Shown piece after piece: positions 20,785 through 30,564 of a stretch of DNA of 64,000 nucleotides; the first letter of the stretch is position 1; every line of letters begins with the position of its first letter. This stretch comes from Candidatus Micrarchaeia archaeon. Lineage in GTDB: Archaea; Micrarchaeota; Micrarchaeia; CABMEP01. The notes below the pieces were generated by a model that had not been told where the DNA came from, did no database searches, and saw only the letters and a program-made list of their open reading frames with translations. The position numbers and the translations under genes are program-made. The DNA lies in contig JAVZXS010000001.1 of NCBI GenBank assembly GCA_038886535.1, forward strand, positions 32,001 to 96,000, written 5' to 3'.

Positions 20785-22548
20785 ATGCGTAACATAATTA
20801 AAATCTTGGTATTTTCTACATTCATAATCAGTCTAATTATAGCACAAGCAATACCAACATACATAATTTATGCAGATGCAAAGGAACAGACAAATAATAA
20901 TTACAATTTTTCTGCAACGCTTGTTTCCATTTCTGTTCCTGAAGATAGAACAACTTTAAAGGAAAAGTTAGAAACTGGAAAAGTTGATCCTTCAACAATA
21001 ATTAATAATTTTAAGTATTCACCAATCCTCTCTGCCAAAATATTAGTTTATTCAATCAACCCTGCCAACCAAGAAGATAAAAAATATGTTTGTGAATTCA
21101 TAACAGCTCAGGACGGAAGAGGAAGTTGTATAGGAAGAATTAGTGAATCTAATCCTATAATTCTCTTTATATTTGAAGGTAATTCAACTTATGCCCCATC
21201 TCAATTTACAATTTCAATTCCAAAACCATTTCCAATTCCGCCACTTAAGGAACTTGTGGACGCAAGTTGGCTAATTATATTCTTTATTATTGGAACGTTA
21301 ATTGCAGCTTTGTATGCTTCAGGAAGGGATCCATTGGCTTCATTAGATATAACAACTCCAAAAGCAAGAGGACCTTCTTATCCAAAGCCACAAAAACTTA
21401 AATTATCGAAAGCACCACAACTTCCTTTGATGGTTTATTCTATACCTGCTTCTACAAAAATAATTTCTGCAACATCTGCATTAAATAAATACGTGGAAAC
21501 TAAAGAGGAAAAGAAAATTCTAACAGAAATTCAAAAACAGGCATATACAAATCCATCTAAAGCATCAATAAATTTAGTTAAGTTTGTTATAGATAAGGGT
21601 ATTCTTAATAGACTTCAACAAAGAAAAGAATGGGCAGCTAAACAAATGAAAGAGACAGAAGAAAAACTTAAATTACAATCACCATATCCAAAAGGAAAAT
21701 TGACAGATGAAAAGTTTCGCAAGAGAATAGAAATCCAAGATCTTAGAGATAGATTAAGGATGTATAGAGAAGAACTTTCATCCGCTATTGAAGTAACGAA
21801 TAAGATAATCTCTGCTACAGCAGGAACAACTGCAACTAATCTGGATCCTGAAGTTTTTGGAAATACATTAGTAGAGGCAGAGAAAACACTATTAAACGAA
21901 ATAAAAGATAAAAAGCATATTAATAAAGAAACAAAAACAGTAAATATACAATCATTAGAGAAAGAATTAGATGAAAAGGTAGATAAATTAGTTAAGGTAT
22001 TAGTACCTAAGGATGTTCCAAGTGAGATAATTAATGAGCAAATTCATCCATTAATTAAAGCCAAAGTTGAACTCGACAGATTGTATATATCTAAGATCAT
22101 TGCAGCATTCAATAAAATGCAGCCAAGCGTAGAATCATTAATTAAGAAAGGAGATATCAATTTAAGTGAAATCAGAAAAATGAATTATATAGAAAAGACC
22201 AAATATATAACGAAACTAATCAATGAAATTAAACCAAAAGGATACAGACGAATAAACAAGGAGATATTACAAATTGCAATGACCAAAGAAGAATATGAGA
22301 ATATGATAGCAAAACTTCAAAAACTACTTAAGCAATACAGATCCGCAGTCAAGGTAAACGACGAAAAAACTAAAGATAAACTCACAATTCAAATTGGATT
22401 TCTTTATTACCAAATCGTAAGACGTGCTAAAGCATATTTAGAAAATATAAAAACAGGCAAATACGAAACAGAATTTACAATAGAAGGATTTGAAGAATTA
22501 TTAGCTGAAGAAGAGAAGCCAAAAGAGAAAGGAAAAGCAAACGAATGA
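20785..22548 (+). CDS. single-pass membrane protein: signal peptide, extracellular beta-rich domain, TM helix, large charged helical cytoplasmic domain
   Basis: N-terminal hydrophobic signal; TM WLIIFFIIGTLIAALYA followed by GRDPLASLDITTPK; Lys/Glu-rich helical C-terminal ~380 aa. Confidence 0.75.
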   Translation: MRNIIKILVFSTFIISLIIAQAIPTYIIYADAKEQTNNNYNFSATLVSISVPEDRTTLKEKLETGKVDPSTIINNFKYSPILSAKILVYSINPANQEDKKYVCEFITAQDGRGSCIGRISESNPIILFIFEGNSTYAPSQFTISIPKPFPIPPLKELVDASWLIIFFIIGTLIAALYASGRDPLASLDITTPKARGPSYPKPQKLKLSKAPQLPLMVYSIPASTKIISATSALNKYVETKEEKKILTEIQKQAYTNPSKASINLVKFVIDKGILNRLQQRKEWAAKQMKETEEKLKLQSPYPKGKLTDEKFRKRIEIQDLRDRLRMYREELSSAIEVTNKIISATAGTTATNLDPEVFGNTLVEAEKTLLNEIKDKKHINKETKTVNIQSLEKELDEKVDKLVKVLVPKDVPSEIINEQIHPLIKAKVELDRLYISKIIAAFNKMQPSVESLIKKGDINLSEIRKMNYIEKTKYITKLINEIKPKGYRRINKEILQIAMTKEEYENMIAKLQKLLKQYRSAVKVNDEKTKDKLTIQIGFLYYQIVRRAKAYLENIKTGKYETEFTIEGFEELLAEEEKPKEKGKANE

Positions 22549-22569
22549 AAATAAGCAAAAAGTGGTCTT

Positions 22570-24702
22570 ATGATCGAAGGCATCTTTAGAAACTTATTAA
22601 ATTTTAAAAACGAAAGATTTTTTCTTATATTTCTGGTTCTTACATTTGCATCTATCTTTCTTTTCGGTTGTATAAAAAAGATTGAACCAATAGACCAATA
22701 TATTAAAAAAGATAAAATTGAGTATCTTCAGCAGGTTCATTCATCTTTTAACAATTGTACAGTAATGGTCTGCGAATATTCTTCTTGGTGGATAAAAGTT
22801 TGGAGTTCAGTAAAAGGATATTTTTCAAAAGAAACCGCAAGTCTCGCAGGTAAGGAATGTACATTTCAACAATTTAATCTTGACGATGAAGAGGACTTAA
22901 AGAGATTGAATTCTATTACAGGCCTTACTAGAGTACTGGAAACTACTTCTCAATCAGGTTCGAGTTCTTCTCAAACCAGTTCATCATCTTCGAGTTCAAA
23001 GTTTATCCAATCTGTAATGATAGGAATAGGAGATAGTGCTTATGCAGGAGATGAAATATTTTCCAGCTGTAATGGACATTTGGGAATTAATCTTATTGAT
23101 GTCTCATCTATTCCAAAAGAAATAGAGAGCGACAGTGTTAAGAAAAGATTTACAGATATGAATGACTGTATATTAAATTCAGGTACTATTCCATTTTATA
23201 AATTTGGAAGGCTTGAAAGCTCTTTGAGTTTATTTGTAAAGAAGATAGAAGGAGAGGGACCTGCATTTATTTCCCCAGGATATGGTTTTAACAAATCTAG
23301 ATTTGATCCAAATATAATTTCTCCAATAGGTTCATTTTATTCTATAAATACAAGTTGCAAAAATTGTATTGTAACAGCTACAATAAATTATGGTGATCTG
23401 GATACATTAGATTATTATAAAAACTATCCATTAGACTGGGAGAGTATAGATGTAATTGCATTTATTGCAGATCTTAATTCATTTGACACTTGTGATCCTT
23501 TGATTTCTATTCAAAATGAAACAAATTCGCTTAAATCATTTGCTCAAAACATCACTGAGAAGTATCATAAGCCAGTGATAGTAATAGTGAAAGGGAGTGA
23601 GGGAAACAATGCAAAGAAAACATGCGAGTGGACTAATGAATCTATAGCTAGGTTTTATGATTATCTTATAAGGTCTATTCCAGATTTAGTTTCTTCAGGT
23701 GTTATAGGAATAATAGCACCAGATATTTCACAACTTTCTTCTGAAATGTATAATTCAATTAGCTTCTTCTGCTCTATTTATTATACACCAGCATCTTCCT
23801 CATTCAATTTTGCAACATACAGTATTTTTTCAAGAGAAGGTGATAAGCCTTCAGCTTGCGGAATGTATAAATCATCGACAACAATGTTTATGTTTGGTGA
23901 TGTAAAAAATTATAGTGAATTGCCTTTACCAAGAATAAAGAGAGATGAAACCTGTAATTCAAAATTGTTTTATGAGATATCTGTTGGACCAGGTACTTTC
24001 TTTAGCTCTTATTGTGAGAAGAATAATAAGTTTATATCTAACATTGCTTCAAAGTATTTTATAGATTCCTCCCTTTTCATGGCAACACTTCAGAAATTAG
24101 GTTATTATCAAAATCAGCTCCAGCAATATGAAAAGCACTGCGGAAATAAGTGCGAAGTTTATTCAAACCAGGAACAAAGAGATTTATGCTGTCTTGCAGA
24201 GACAATGGCATATTATCAAAATAAGACATTAAACAAGAAATCAGATATTGATGATATATTCCTTGCATATTTCATTGTGTATGGAACATTGAAGGGAGAG
24301 TCAGCTTATAAAGAAGAATTTAATAAATACTCACCTTCTGCAAACATGGAAAGAAAAAGCGAATCACCTATCATTTTATTAGAACCTTCCTCAAGTAATT
24401 CTAAATCAGTATATATGCAATCTTCATTCTGCGATCTTTATTTAACATTATGTAAAGAGTATCAAGATGTGTTCTATTGTATGTTATATGATCAGAATTG
24501 TAAATATCAAACCCCAACCATTCCTGAACAGCCTTCTTTGCCTACCCCACCTACGCCACCAACACAACCGCCAGAGCCTTCACAGCCACAACCTCCTCAA
24601 TCTCCGTCCGGAAGCGATCAACCTACTTATAATTTTGATAGTTCTATTTTACAAGTAATTAAGGATGCGGTTGCTGCAAGAGTAATTTGTGGACTAACTT
24701 AG
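22570..24702 (+). CDS. Cys-rich putative lipoprotein with Ser-rich and Pro-rich linkers
   Basis: Lipobox-like FLFGC after a hydrophobic stretch; many Cys; SSSS linker; PTPPTPPTQPPEP tail. Confidence 0.75.
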   Translation: MIEGIFRNLLNFKNERFFLIFLVLTFASIFLFGCIKKIEPIDQYIKKDKIEYLQQVHSSFNNCTVMVCEYSSWWIKVWSSVKGYFSKETASLAGKECTFQQFNLDDEEDLKRLNSITGLTRVLETTSQSGSSSSQTSSSSSSSKFIQSVMIGIGDSAYAGDEIFSSCNGHLGINLIDVSSIPKEIESDSVKKRFTDMNDCILNSGTIPFYKFGRLESSLSLFVKKIEGEGPAFISPGYGFNKSRFDPNIISPIGSFYSINTSCKNCIVTATINYGDLDTLDYYKNYPLDWESIDVIAFIADLNSFDTCDPLISIQNETNSLKSFAQNITEKYHKPVIVIVKGSEGNNAKKTCEWTNESIARFYDYLIRSIPDLVSSGVIGIIAPDISQLSSEMYNSISFFCSIYYTPASSSFNFATYSIFSREGDKPSACGMYKSSTTMFMFGDVKNYSELPLPRIKRDETCNSKLFYEISVGPGTFFSSYCEKNNKFISNIASKYFIDSSLFMATLQKLGYYQNQLQQYEKHCGNKCEVYSNQEQRDLCCLAETMAYYQNKTLNKKSDIDDIFLAYFIVYGTLKGESAYKEEFNKYSPSANMERKSESPIILLEPSSSNSKSVYMQSSFCDLYLTLCKEYQDVFYCMLYDQNCKYQTPTIPEQPSLPTPPTPPTQPPEPSQPQPPQSPSGSDQPTYNFDSSILQVIKDAVAARVICGLT

Positions 24703-24740
24703 ATGAAATTAATTTTTTAGAAAAGAAGAAACAATAAACA

Positions 24741-25259
24741 TCACTTTTTAGGAATAATTGTTCTCAATATTCCACTTACTTTTTCTTTTGCTTTTCTAAA
24801 TATACTTATTTTTTCTGGTACATAGTTCTCCCAGAATTTAAACACTTTTTCAGCGTCTTTCATATCGAAAAAGAATATTACAGAATCAAATGCAGAAGTT
24901 ACTGCAACAATGTTAATTCTTTGCCTCGCTAAAGGTGAGGTAAGCTTATTTAAAAGACCAGGTGTGGTGACCATTTCAGGTCCATTAACACTGATCATGC
25001 CCAATCCTCTTCTTACAGCTATACTTTCAAATGAACTTTCTGCAGCCTCCTCAGTAAGATATATAACTGCCTTATCACTTTCAGCCTCATCAATAAAAAG
25101 TATCACTTCTTTTTCTCCAGTTGATATAGCATAAATTTGTATGTTTTTTTCAACTAAAGGTTTGAGAAATTTAGTAAGAACAGAAGGCGTGATCCTTGAT
25201 CTATCACCCGTGATACTAATCGCTGCAATTGGCCTTTTATAATGCTTTATAGTCAACAT
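24741..25259 (-). CDS. stand-alone tandem ACT-domain protein (aspartokinase C-terminal-like)
   Basis: ISVNGPEMVTTPGLLNKLTSPLARQRINI, preceded by a similar ACT repeat; no kinase domain. Confidence 0.8.
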   Translation of the reverse strand: MLTIKHYKRPIAAISITGDRSRITPSVLTKFLKPLVEKNIQIYAISTGEKEVILFIDEAESDKAVIYLTEEAAESSFESIAVRRGLGMISVNGPEMVTTPGLLNKLTSPLARQRINIVAVTSAFDSVIFFFDMKDAEKVFKFWENYVPEKISIFRKAKEKVSGILRTIIPKK

Positions 25260-25287
25260 ATAAACACCATTGAATTTGATAAATAAA

Positions 25288-26184
25288 TTAAGAGAATAAA
25301 GCTTTTATTCTCTTCTTTAAGCTTGGATGTGTGCTTAGGATTTCAAGTGGATTATCTGGTTCTTTTTCTATTGCTGCCAATAAAGCATTTGGATCATTTT
25401 TGCTAATTGCATTAGCAACACTATTTGAAACTATCTCATGCTCGGCCACATATAAAGTACTCAAAGATTCATTCGTGCTGCCTTGTGGAATATTGTATGT
25501 AATTTTTACCAATGCTCTTGCTAGAGGCATTGAATCTTTCATTATATAAGCACTGTGTGCATCTGCATAATATTCTCTTTGTCTTGATAGCCACAGTACA
25601 ACTAATTGTCCTAAAAGTCTTGCAAGAATTGCACCAACAAATACAGCGATTGGGTTTGGTTTATCGTCTCTTCCGCTAATAAGTGCAACTGCGAGATAGT
25701 ATAACAATACAGGTATAACACTTGCAATAGTCATTATTACAACATCATTGTGCTTAATATGACCTATTTCATGTGCAATTACCGCTTCAACCTCTTGTTT
25801 ATTTAATCTCTGTAATAAACCAGTGTGTATCGCAATTCCAGAGTCATTTTTTCCTCTTCCAAAAGCGAATGCATTAGGCACTTGGCTGTTTACAATATAT
25901 AACTTCGGCTTAGGTATTCCAGATTCTTTAGCAATTCTTTCAACAGCAGCATGCAATTCCGGAGCTTCATTAATACTTACTTCTCTTGCTCCACTTACCC
26001 ACTTAACAATTATAGGACCTAAGTACCATTGAATTCCTAATAATATTAAGCTGAAAAATAATACTACAAATATAGATATTTCATTTCCAGTCAGAAGCAT
26101 TATAACTCCAAGTATACCTGCAATTAAACCAAATACCAGAGCTGTTGAAATCCAAACTTGTAAATCAGGAGAGCCTTTTATCAT
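25288..26184 (-). CDS. htpX: HtpX-family (M48) zinc metalloprotease
   Basis: PNAFAFG, AVIAHEIGH, SRQREYYAD and STHPSL..RI motifs. Confidence 0.95.
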   Translation of the reverse strand: MIKGSPDLQVWISTALVFGLIAGILGVIMLLTGNEISIFVVLFFSLILLGIQWYLGPIIVKWVSGAREVSINEAPELHAAVERIAKESGIPKPKLYIVNSQVPNAFAFGRGKNDSGIAIHTGLLQRLNKQEVEAVIAHEIGHIKHNDVVIMTIASVIPVLLYYLAVALISGRDDKPNPIAVFVGAILARLLGQLVVLWLSRQREYYADAHSAYIMKDSMPLARALVKITYNIPQGSTNESLSTLYVAEHEIVSNSVANAISKNDPNALLAAIEKEPDNPLEILSTHPSLKKRIKALFS

Positions 26185-26208
26185 AATATCACCTTTTAAT
26201 CAAAGATT

Positions 26209-26727
26209 TTATTTGATGTTTATTCTCTTTTTCTTTTCTTCTTCTTTTGAAGGTTCAACTTTTTTGATTATAACTTCTAAAACGCCATTATTATATTTAG
26301 CATCCGCTGTTTCTGGCTTTATCTTTGCTGGAAGCTCAAGTTTCTTGTAATATTTCCTCTCAGGCGTATCTACTTTTATTTCAAGTCCCTTTTCAGTTGC
26401 ATTGAGTTCGATATCTTCTTTTCTCACACCAGGCAATTCAGCTATTATCTTAATATCATTTTTTTCATTTATTATATCAACAAGCGGTTCTCTTTTTTCC
26501 TCTATTCCTTTAGGAGTAATCTGTGGCTTATCTCCGAATTCCTGTATTATCGGTTTTCCATCTGGTCCTATCGTTATAGAGAACCCTCTTACAAAGGATT
26601 TTCCTTCTCTGGCTCTTTTTTCTAGTTCTTCAAAGTCCTCAAATCCCCTTGTCATTTCTTCAAACATTCTTTCAATCATTCTTTCAAAATCATCATCGAA
26701 AAAACTGAATCTTCGTCTTTTAACCAT
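26209..26727 (-). CDS. hsp20: small heat shock protein (Hsp20, archaeal type)
   Basis: GFSITIGPDGKP.IQEFG, REPLVD, AELPGV.KEDI, A.YNNGVLEV and C-terminal IxI. Confidence 0.95.
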   Translation of the reverse strand: MVKRRRFSFFDDDFERMIERMFEEMTRGFEDFEELEKRAREGKSFVRGFSITIGPDGKPIIQEFGDKPQITPKGIEEKREPLVDIINEKNDIKIIAELPGVRKEDIELNATEKGLEIKVDTPERKYYKKLELPAKIKPETADAKYNNGVLEVIIKKVEPSKEEEKKKRINIK

Positions 26728-26820
26728 TCTTCCACCACCAATATATATTACTTATATATATTTTTATTTTTATCTTTATAATATTTTTTATAAATTAGGT
26801 TAATAAATATCGGTGTTTTT

Positions 26821-27330
26821 ATGAGTAATTGGATAGTTCACTCAATTATAGGAATAATTCTTGGCATATTATGTATAATTATAAATTCAGGCATGGATCA
26901 AAATGTACTATTTGCAGCAGTTATAGCAACAGTACTTGGCTCATTAATACCAGATATAGATCATAAAAGAAGCAAGATTAGAGGAATTTTCAGATGGGTT
27001 GTTCTGATAATTCTTCTTTTCATTATCTATCTTTCAATTTCATCTTATTTTGGTATAAACCCAGATCTTTCAGCTCTGTTGAATGCAGATTTAGCTGTGG
27101 TTTTAACTGTGTTTGCAATTTCAGTTTTCATCGCATCAATAATCACATCATTCATAGAGTCATTAATACCTCGACATAGAGGGCCAGTACATAGAATATT
27201 TGCCTCATTGATGTATTCATTCCTTGTATTTACATCTGCGACATTCTTTGGATTCAGTGAAGCTGCGTTAATCGCGTTATGGGGCTTTATTGGTTATATA
27301 AGCCACATATTTATGGATATTTTAATATGA
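26821..27330 (+). CDS. membrane-bound metal-dependent hydrolase (YdjM-like)
   Basis: N-terminal H, GSLIPDIDH, HRG..H and GYISHIFMD motifs. Confidence 0.88.
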   Translation: MSNWIVHSIIGIILGILCIIINSGMDQNVLFAAVIATVLGSLIPDIDHKRSKIRGIFRWVVLIILLFIIYLSISSYFGINPDLSALLNADLAVVLTVFAISVFIASIITSFIESLIPRHRGPVHRIFASLMYSFLVFTSATFFGFSEAALIALWGFIGYISHIFMDILI

Positions 27331-27352
27331 TTTAAGAATAGATTAATTAGAG

Positions 27353-27463
27353 CGCGGGGTATGGGATTCGAACCCATATACCCTTTCGGGAACTGGTTTT
27401 CTCATAAACTTTTTTATAAAGTTTATTCGAGACCAGCGCACTACCAGGTTATGCGAACCCCGC
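27353..27463 (-). tRNA. tRNA-Ser(CGA) with a 27-nt intron at canonical 37/38 (intron 27399..27425)
   Basis: GCGGGGT acceptor; CTGGT-CT-CGA-A|TAAACTTTATAAAAAAGTTTATGAGAA|A-ACCAG; long variable arm; ATGGG-TTCGAAT-CCCAT; G discriminator. Confidence 0.93.
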
Positions 27464-27557
27464 ACTAATCTATTATATACTATTCATTACTGCTTAAAAA
27501 TGTTAATCTTAAAATAAGCTAGAAAAAATAATAAAAATTATTAAAAAATATTAAAAT

Positions 27558-27779
27558 TCAGTATCTTTTCTTCTGTTTTTTCTTTCGCTCGTATACACCA
27601 AGGCTCTTTCCACAAGAGACACAGTAGTATACTTTTCTTTTTTCCATATATCTCAAATCGTCAGCGCTTCTGAGGTCTGTAGTGTAAACAATCGGTCTGT
27701 AATCAACCACCGCTTTACCTCTTGGGACGCTACGCCCACAAGCATTACATCTTACTAATGTTGTTTTTCCTCTTCCCAT
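27558..27779 (-). CDS. rps26e: 30S ribosomal protein eS26
   Basis: GRG...LVRCNACGRSVPRGKAV...YYCVSC zinc-ribbon signature. Confidence 0.88.
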   Translation of the reverse strand: MGRGKTTLVRCNACGRSVPRGKAVVDYRPIVYTTDLRSADDLRYMEKRKVYYCVSCGKSLGVYERKKKQKKRY

Positions 27780-27806
27780 TTTATAACCTCCTATGCGGTG
27801 AAATAA

Positions 27807-28568
27807 TCATATCTTTATCTGCGTTCCATCCAGCAAGAATACCTCAATTTCGTTCATCTTCAGTATTTTATCCTTAAGTAATGGCCCCAAGAACTTATTC
27901 TTTTCGTTGATTGGAGAGCCAATTATCAAAGGATTGAAAACCGGAAGAACAATTACAGAAATCTCTTTATTAATATTAGGATATTGGGTTTTTAATTCTT
28001 TTGAATTAAGGCTTCCTTTAACCCATACCTTTTGCTTTGTTTTGTATCCAAACTGGTCTTTGAATGAAACTGCAGGATGGGAATGAGCAACAATCAAAGT
28101 ATCTATTTGCTCAATCATTTCTTGAGAAGGCCATTTATGGCTATGTATTATGCCTACATTATCAATAATGATTTCATCAGCTGTTTCAAAATAACTCTTT
28201 AATGCACCATCATGATTTCCAGGTATTATTTTAACTTCGCAATACTGCTTTAATCTGAAAAGCATATCTGGTATTTCTATTGAAATCCTATGTTCAATCT
28301 CTTCCTCTTCTGTCATTTGTTGCCAATATTCCTTTTCTACAGGTATCTTATGTCTAATATCTCCTACAAGTATAAGTTGGTTGGCTTTTGTCTCTTTTAT
28401 TAAATTTATTATATTGTCAATCATTTGGTTTATCGCATTTTTCGCCAATTTTTCAGTTCCTAATTGTGTTTCTACTCCAATATGTAAATCTCCAATCACT
28501 AATGTTCTTTCTTTTCCTTTCTCTATAATGATTGCAGGCTCATTAGCTACAATCTTTATCTTTGCCAT
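27807..28568 (-). CDS. metallophosphoesterase (calcineurin-like, COG1407-type)
   Basis: GDLHIG, LVGD, PGNHD, HSH, AHSHP and VLPVFN motifs; start reassigned to the ATG of MAKIKI. Confidence 0.9.
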   Translation of the reverse strand: MAKIKIVANEPAIIIEKGKERTLVIGDLHIGVETQLGTEKLAKNAINQMIDNIINLIKETKANQLILVGDIRHKIPVEKEYWQQMTEEEEIEHRISIEIPDMLFRLKQYCEVKIIPGNHDGALKSYFETADEIIIDNVGIIHSHKWPSQEMIEQIDTLIVAHSHPAVSFKDQFGYKTKQKVWVKGSLNSKELKTQYPNINKEISVIVLPVFNPLIIGSPINEKNKFLGPLLKDKILKMNEIEVFLLDGTQIKI

Positions 28569-28619
28569 GAATAGAATAATAAAAAAAGTTATATATTCTT
28601 TTATATCCAATAAATTTCT

Positions 28620-29270
28620 ATGAAATCAAGAAGCACAATACTAAAAATAATAAATTTGTTGAAAAAAGAATATCCTGATGAATTTAATGGCTCAAATATA
28701 AGCAGAGATCCATTTAAGGTTTTGATTGGAACTGTTTTGTCTCATCAAACTAGGGATGAAAGAACAATAATTGCAAGCAATTCTCTTTTTGCAAGATTTG
28801 ATACTCCGGAAAAGCTTGCAAAAGCAAGTATAAACGAAATTAAAAAATTAATCAGGCCAGTGGGGATGTATAATACAAAAGCAAAGAGAATAAAACAGAT
28901 AAGCAAAATTTTAGTTGAAAAATACGATGGTAAAGTTCCAACAGAGTATAATTCTTTAATTGAACTTCCAGGAGTTGGTAGAAAAACAGCTAATATAGTG
29001 TTTACATATGCATACGGGAAAGATGAATATATAGCTGTTGATACACATGTGCATAAAATTTCAAACAGGTTGGGATTAGTTAAAACAAAAAGCCCTGAAA
29101 AAACAGAACAGGAACTTTATAAAATAATACCGAGAAATGAATGGAGATATATCAATGAATTATTTGTTCAACATGGACAAAAAATATGTAAGGCAAGGCC
29201 TTTATGTGAAAGATGCGTAATATCTAAGTATTGTGATTTTTTCAAATCCTTGAAAAAAGCAAAATTATAA
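28620..29270 (+). CDS. nth: endonuclease III
   Basis: HhH LPGVGRKTA, AVDTHV and 4Fe-4S C-x5-C-x2-C-x5-C motif (CKARPLCERCVISKYC). Confidence 0.96.
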   Translation: MKSRSTILKIINLLKKEYPDEFNGSNISRDPFKVLIGTVLSHQTRDERTIIASNSLFARFDTPEKLAKASINEIKKLIRPVGMYNTKAKRIKQISKILVEKYDGKVPTEYNSLIELPGVGRKTANIVFTYAYGKDEYIAVDTHVHKISNRLGLVKTKSPEKTEQELYKIIPRNEWRYINELFVQHGQKICKARPLCERCVISKYCDFFKSLKKAKL

Positions 29271-29315
29271 GGTTTTTTAAATTTATTCTACAAACTAGTA
29301 CTAAGGTGAAATATT

Positions 29316-29786
29316 ATGTTCAATAAAAAAGGTCAAGCTGCAATGGAATATCTTATGACATATGGTTGGGCTATTTTGATAGTCCTTGCTATAATGGCAA
29401 TACTTGTCTATTTAGTCAGACCACAGCAAATTGAAACATGCCAGGTTGCACAACCTTTTCAATGCGAACAAGACAAATATACTATCAATTCAACCCATCA
29501 AGTCAAGATAAGCTTAATGAACATGGGTGCTGTTACATATAACATCTCATCTGCAAACTGTCCTTCTACAGATAATACAAACAGATTGGTTGGCGGGCCA
29601 GTGCAGATAACACCTGGAAGCAGTGCAACTGTTGTTATAAATTGTGCAGCTTCAGCTAATATAGTTTCAAACCCACAATCAGGAAAGGATGTATTTAAGG
29701 AAAAGCTTAAAATAACATATTATCCTGCAAATTCGCCTGATTTTCCAAAAGCTCAGGAAATAGAATTAGTGGTTAAGTACAGCTAA
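29316..29786 (+). CDS. type IV pilin-like protein with a class III signal peptide
   Basis: MFNKKG|QAAMEYLMTYGWAILIV: prepilin peptidase site, +5 Glu and hydrophobic helix; four Cys in the globular domain. Confidence 0.88.
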   Translation: MFNKKGQAAMEYLMTYGWAILIVLAIMAILVYLVRPQQIETCQVAQPFQCEQDKYTINSTHQVKISLMNMGAVTYNISSANCPSTDNTNRLVGGPVQITPGSSATVVINCAASANIVSNPQSGKDVFKEKLKITYYPANSPDFPKAQEIELVVKYS

Positions 29787-29833
29787 TCTATTTCTTTATT
29801 TTCAATTTTTTTAATATTACTAGAGGTAATTTT

Positions 29834-30527
29834 TTGAATCCAAATATAAAGATAGCCGCTCTAGCTATTGTTCTTATTTTTGGATCAATATTCCTGAGCG
29901 GTTGCGCAGGTCAACCGAAACTAAAAAGAACTTTCAAGAGGTTAATAAGACTTTAAATCAAACAGAACAAACAAAAGATACAACTAAATCATCATCTTCT
30001 CTTTCAGACATATTTGCAAAAACCTCGCTATTAAAAGCATAAAATACGAATGTTGATGACAGGTTTGGGTTCTTCAGTTACTCAAACAGTTTGGCTGAAA
30101 GGAAATGAAATCAGAGATTTCTGCAGAAGTTGAGAAAATAATCAATATTGTTGATTTAGATAAAAAAGTAATATACAGCTATATGCCGTCTCAAGGAATC
30201 GCATTCAGGACCAATTTTGATTATTCTTCTCAATATGCTTCTCCAACAGAAAGCATAGAAAAATACAATCCAGTTGTATTAGGGAATGAGATAATAGATG
30301 GAAAAGATTGTGTTATAGTCCAGTATTCTATGGAGGGAATGCAGATCAAATCTTGGATCTGGAAGGAAAAGGGTTTTCCAATAAGAATTGAAACAACAAG
30401 CGGAGAAGAAAAAACATTTATAGAATACAAAAACATAGAATTCATAGAAATTCCAGATTCTGAATTTGAGCTTCCTGCTGGAGTACAGATATGGGTTAAT
30501 CCTTTTTTATTCTTTTTTAATTTTTAA
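29834..30527 (+). pseudogene. frameshifted lipoprotein gene (LolA/DUF4412-like fold suspected)
   Basis: GAGGT RBS + TTG start gives a signal peptide ending LSGC; the continuation is split over successive frames (...SLSDIFAK / IKSIKYE / MLMTG..VWLKG / MKSEISAE...G.E.IDGKDC...W...GFPIR..FELP). Confidence 0.75.
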
Positions 30528-30564
30528 TCACATTGTTTAAAAACATTCTTCTCTAACTATTTTT

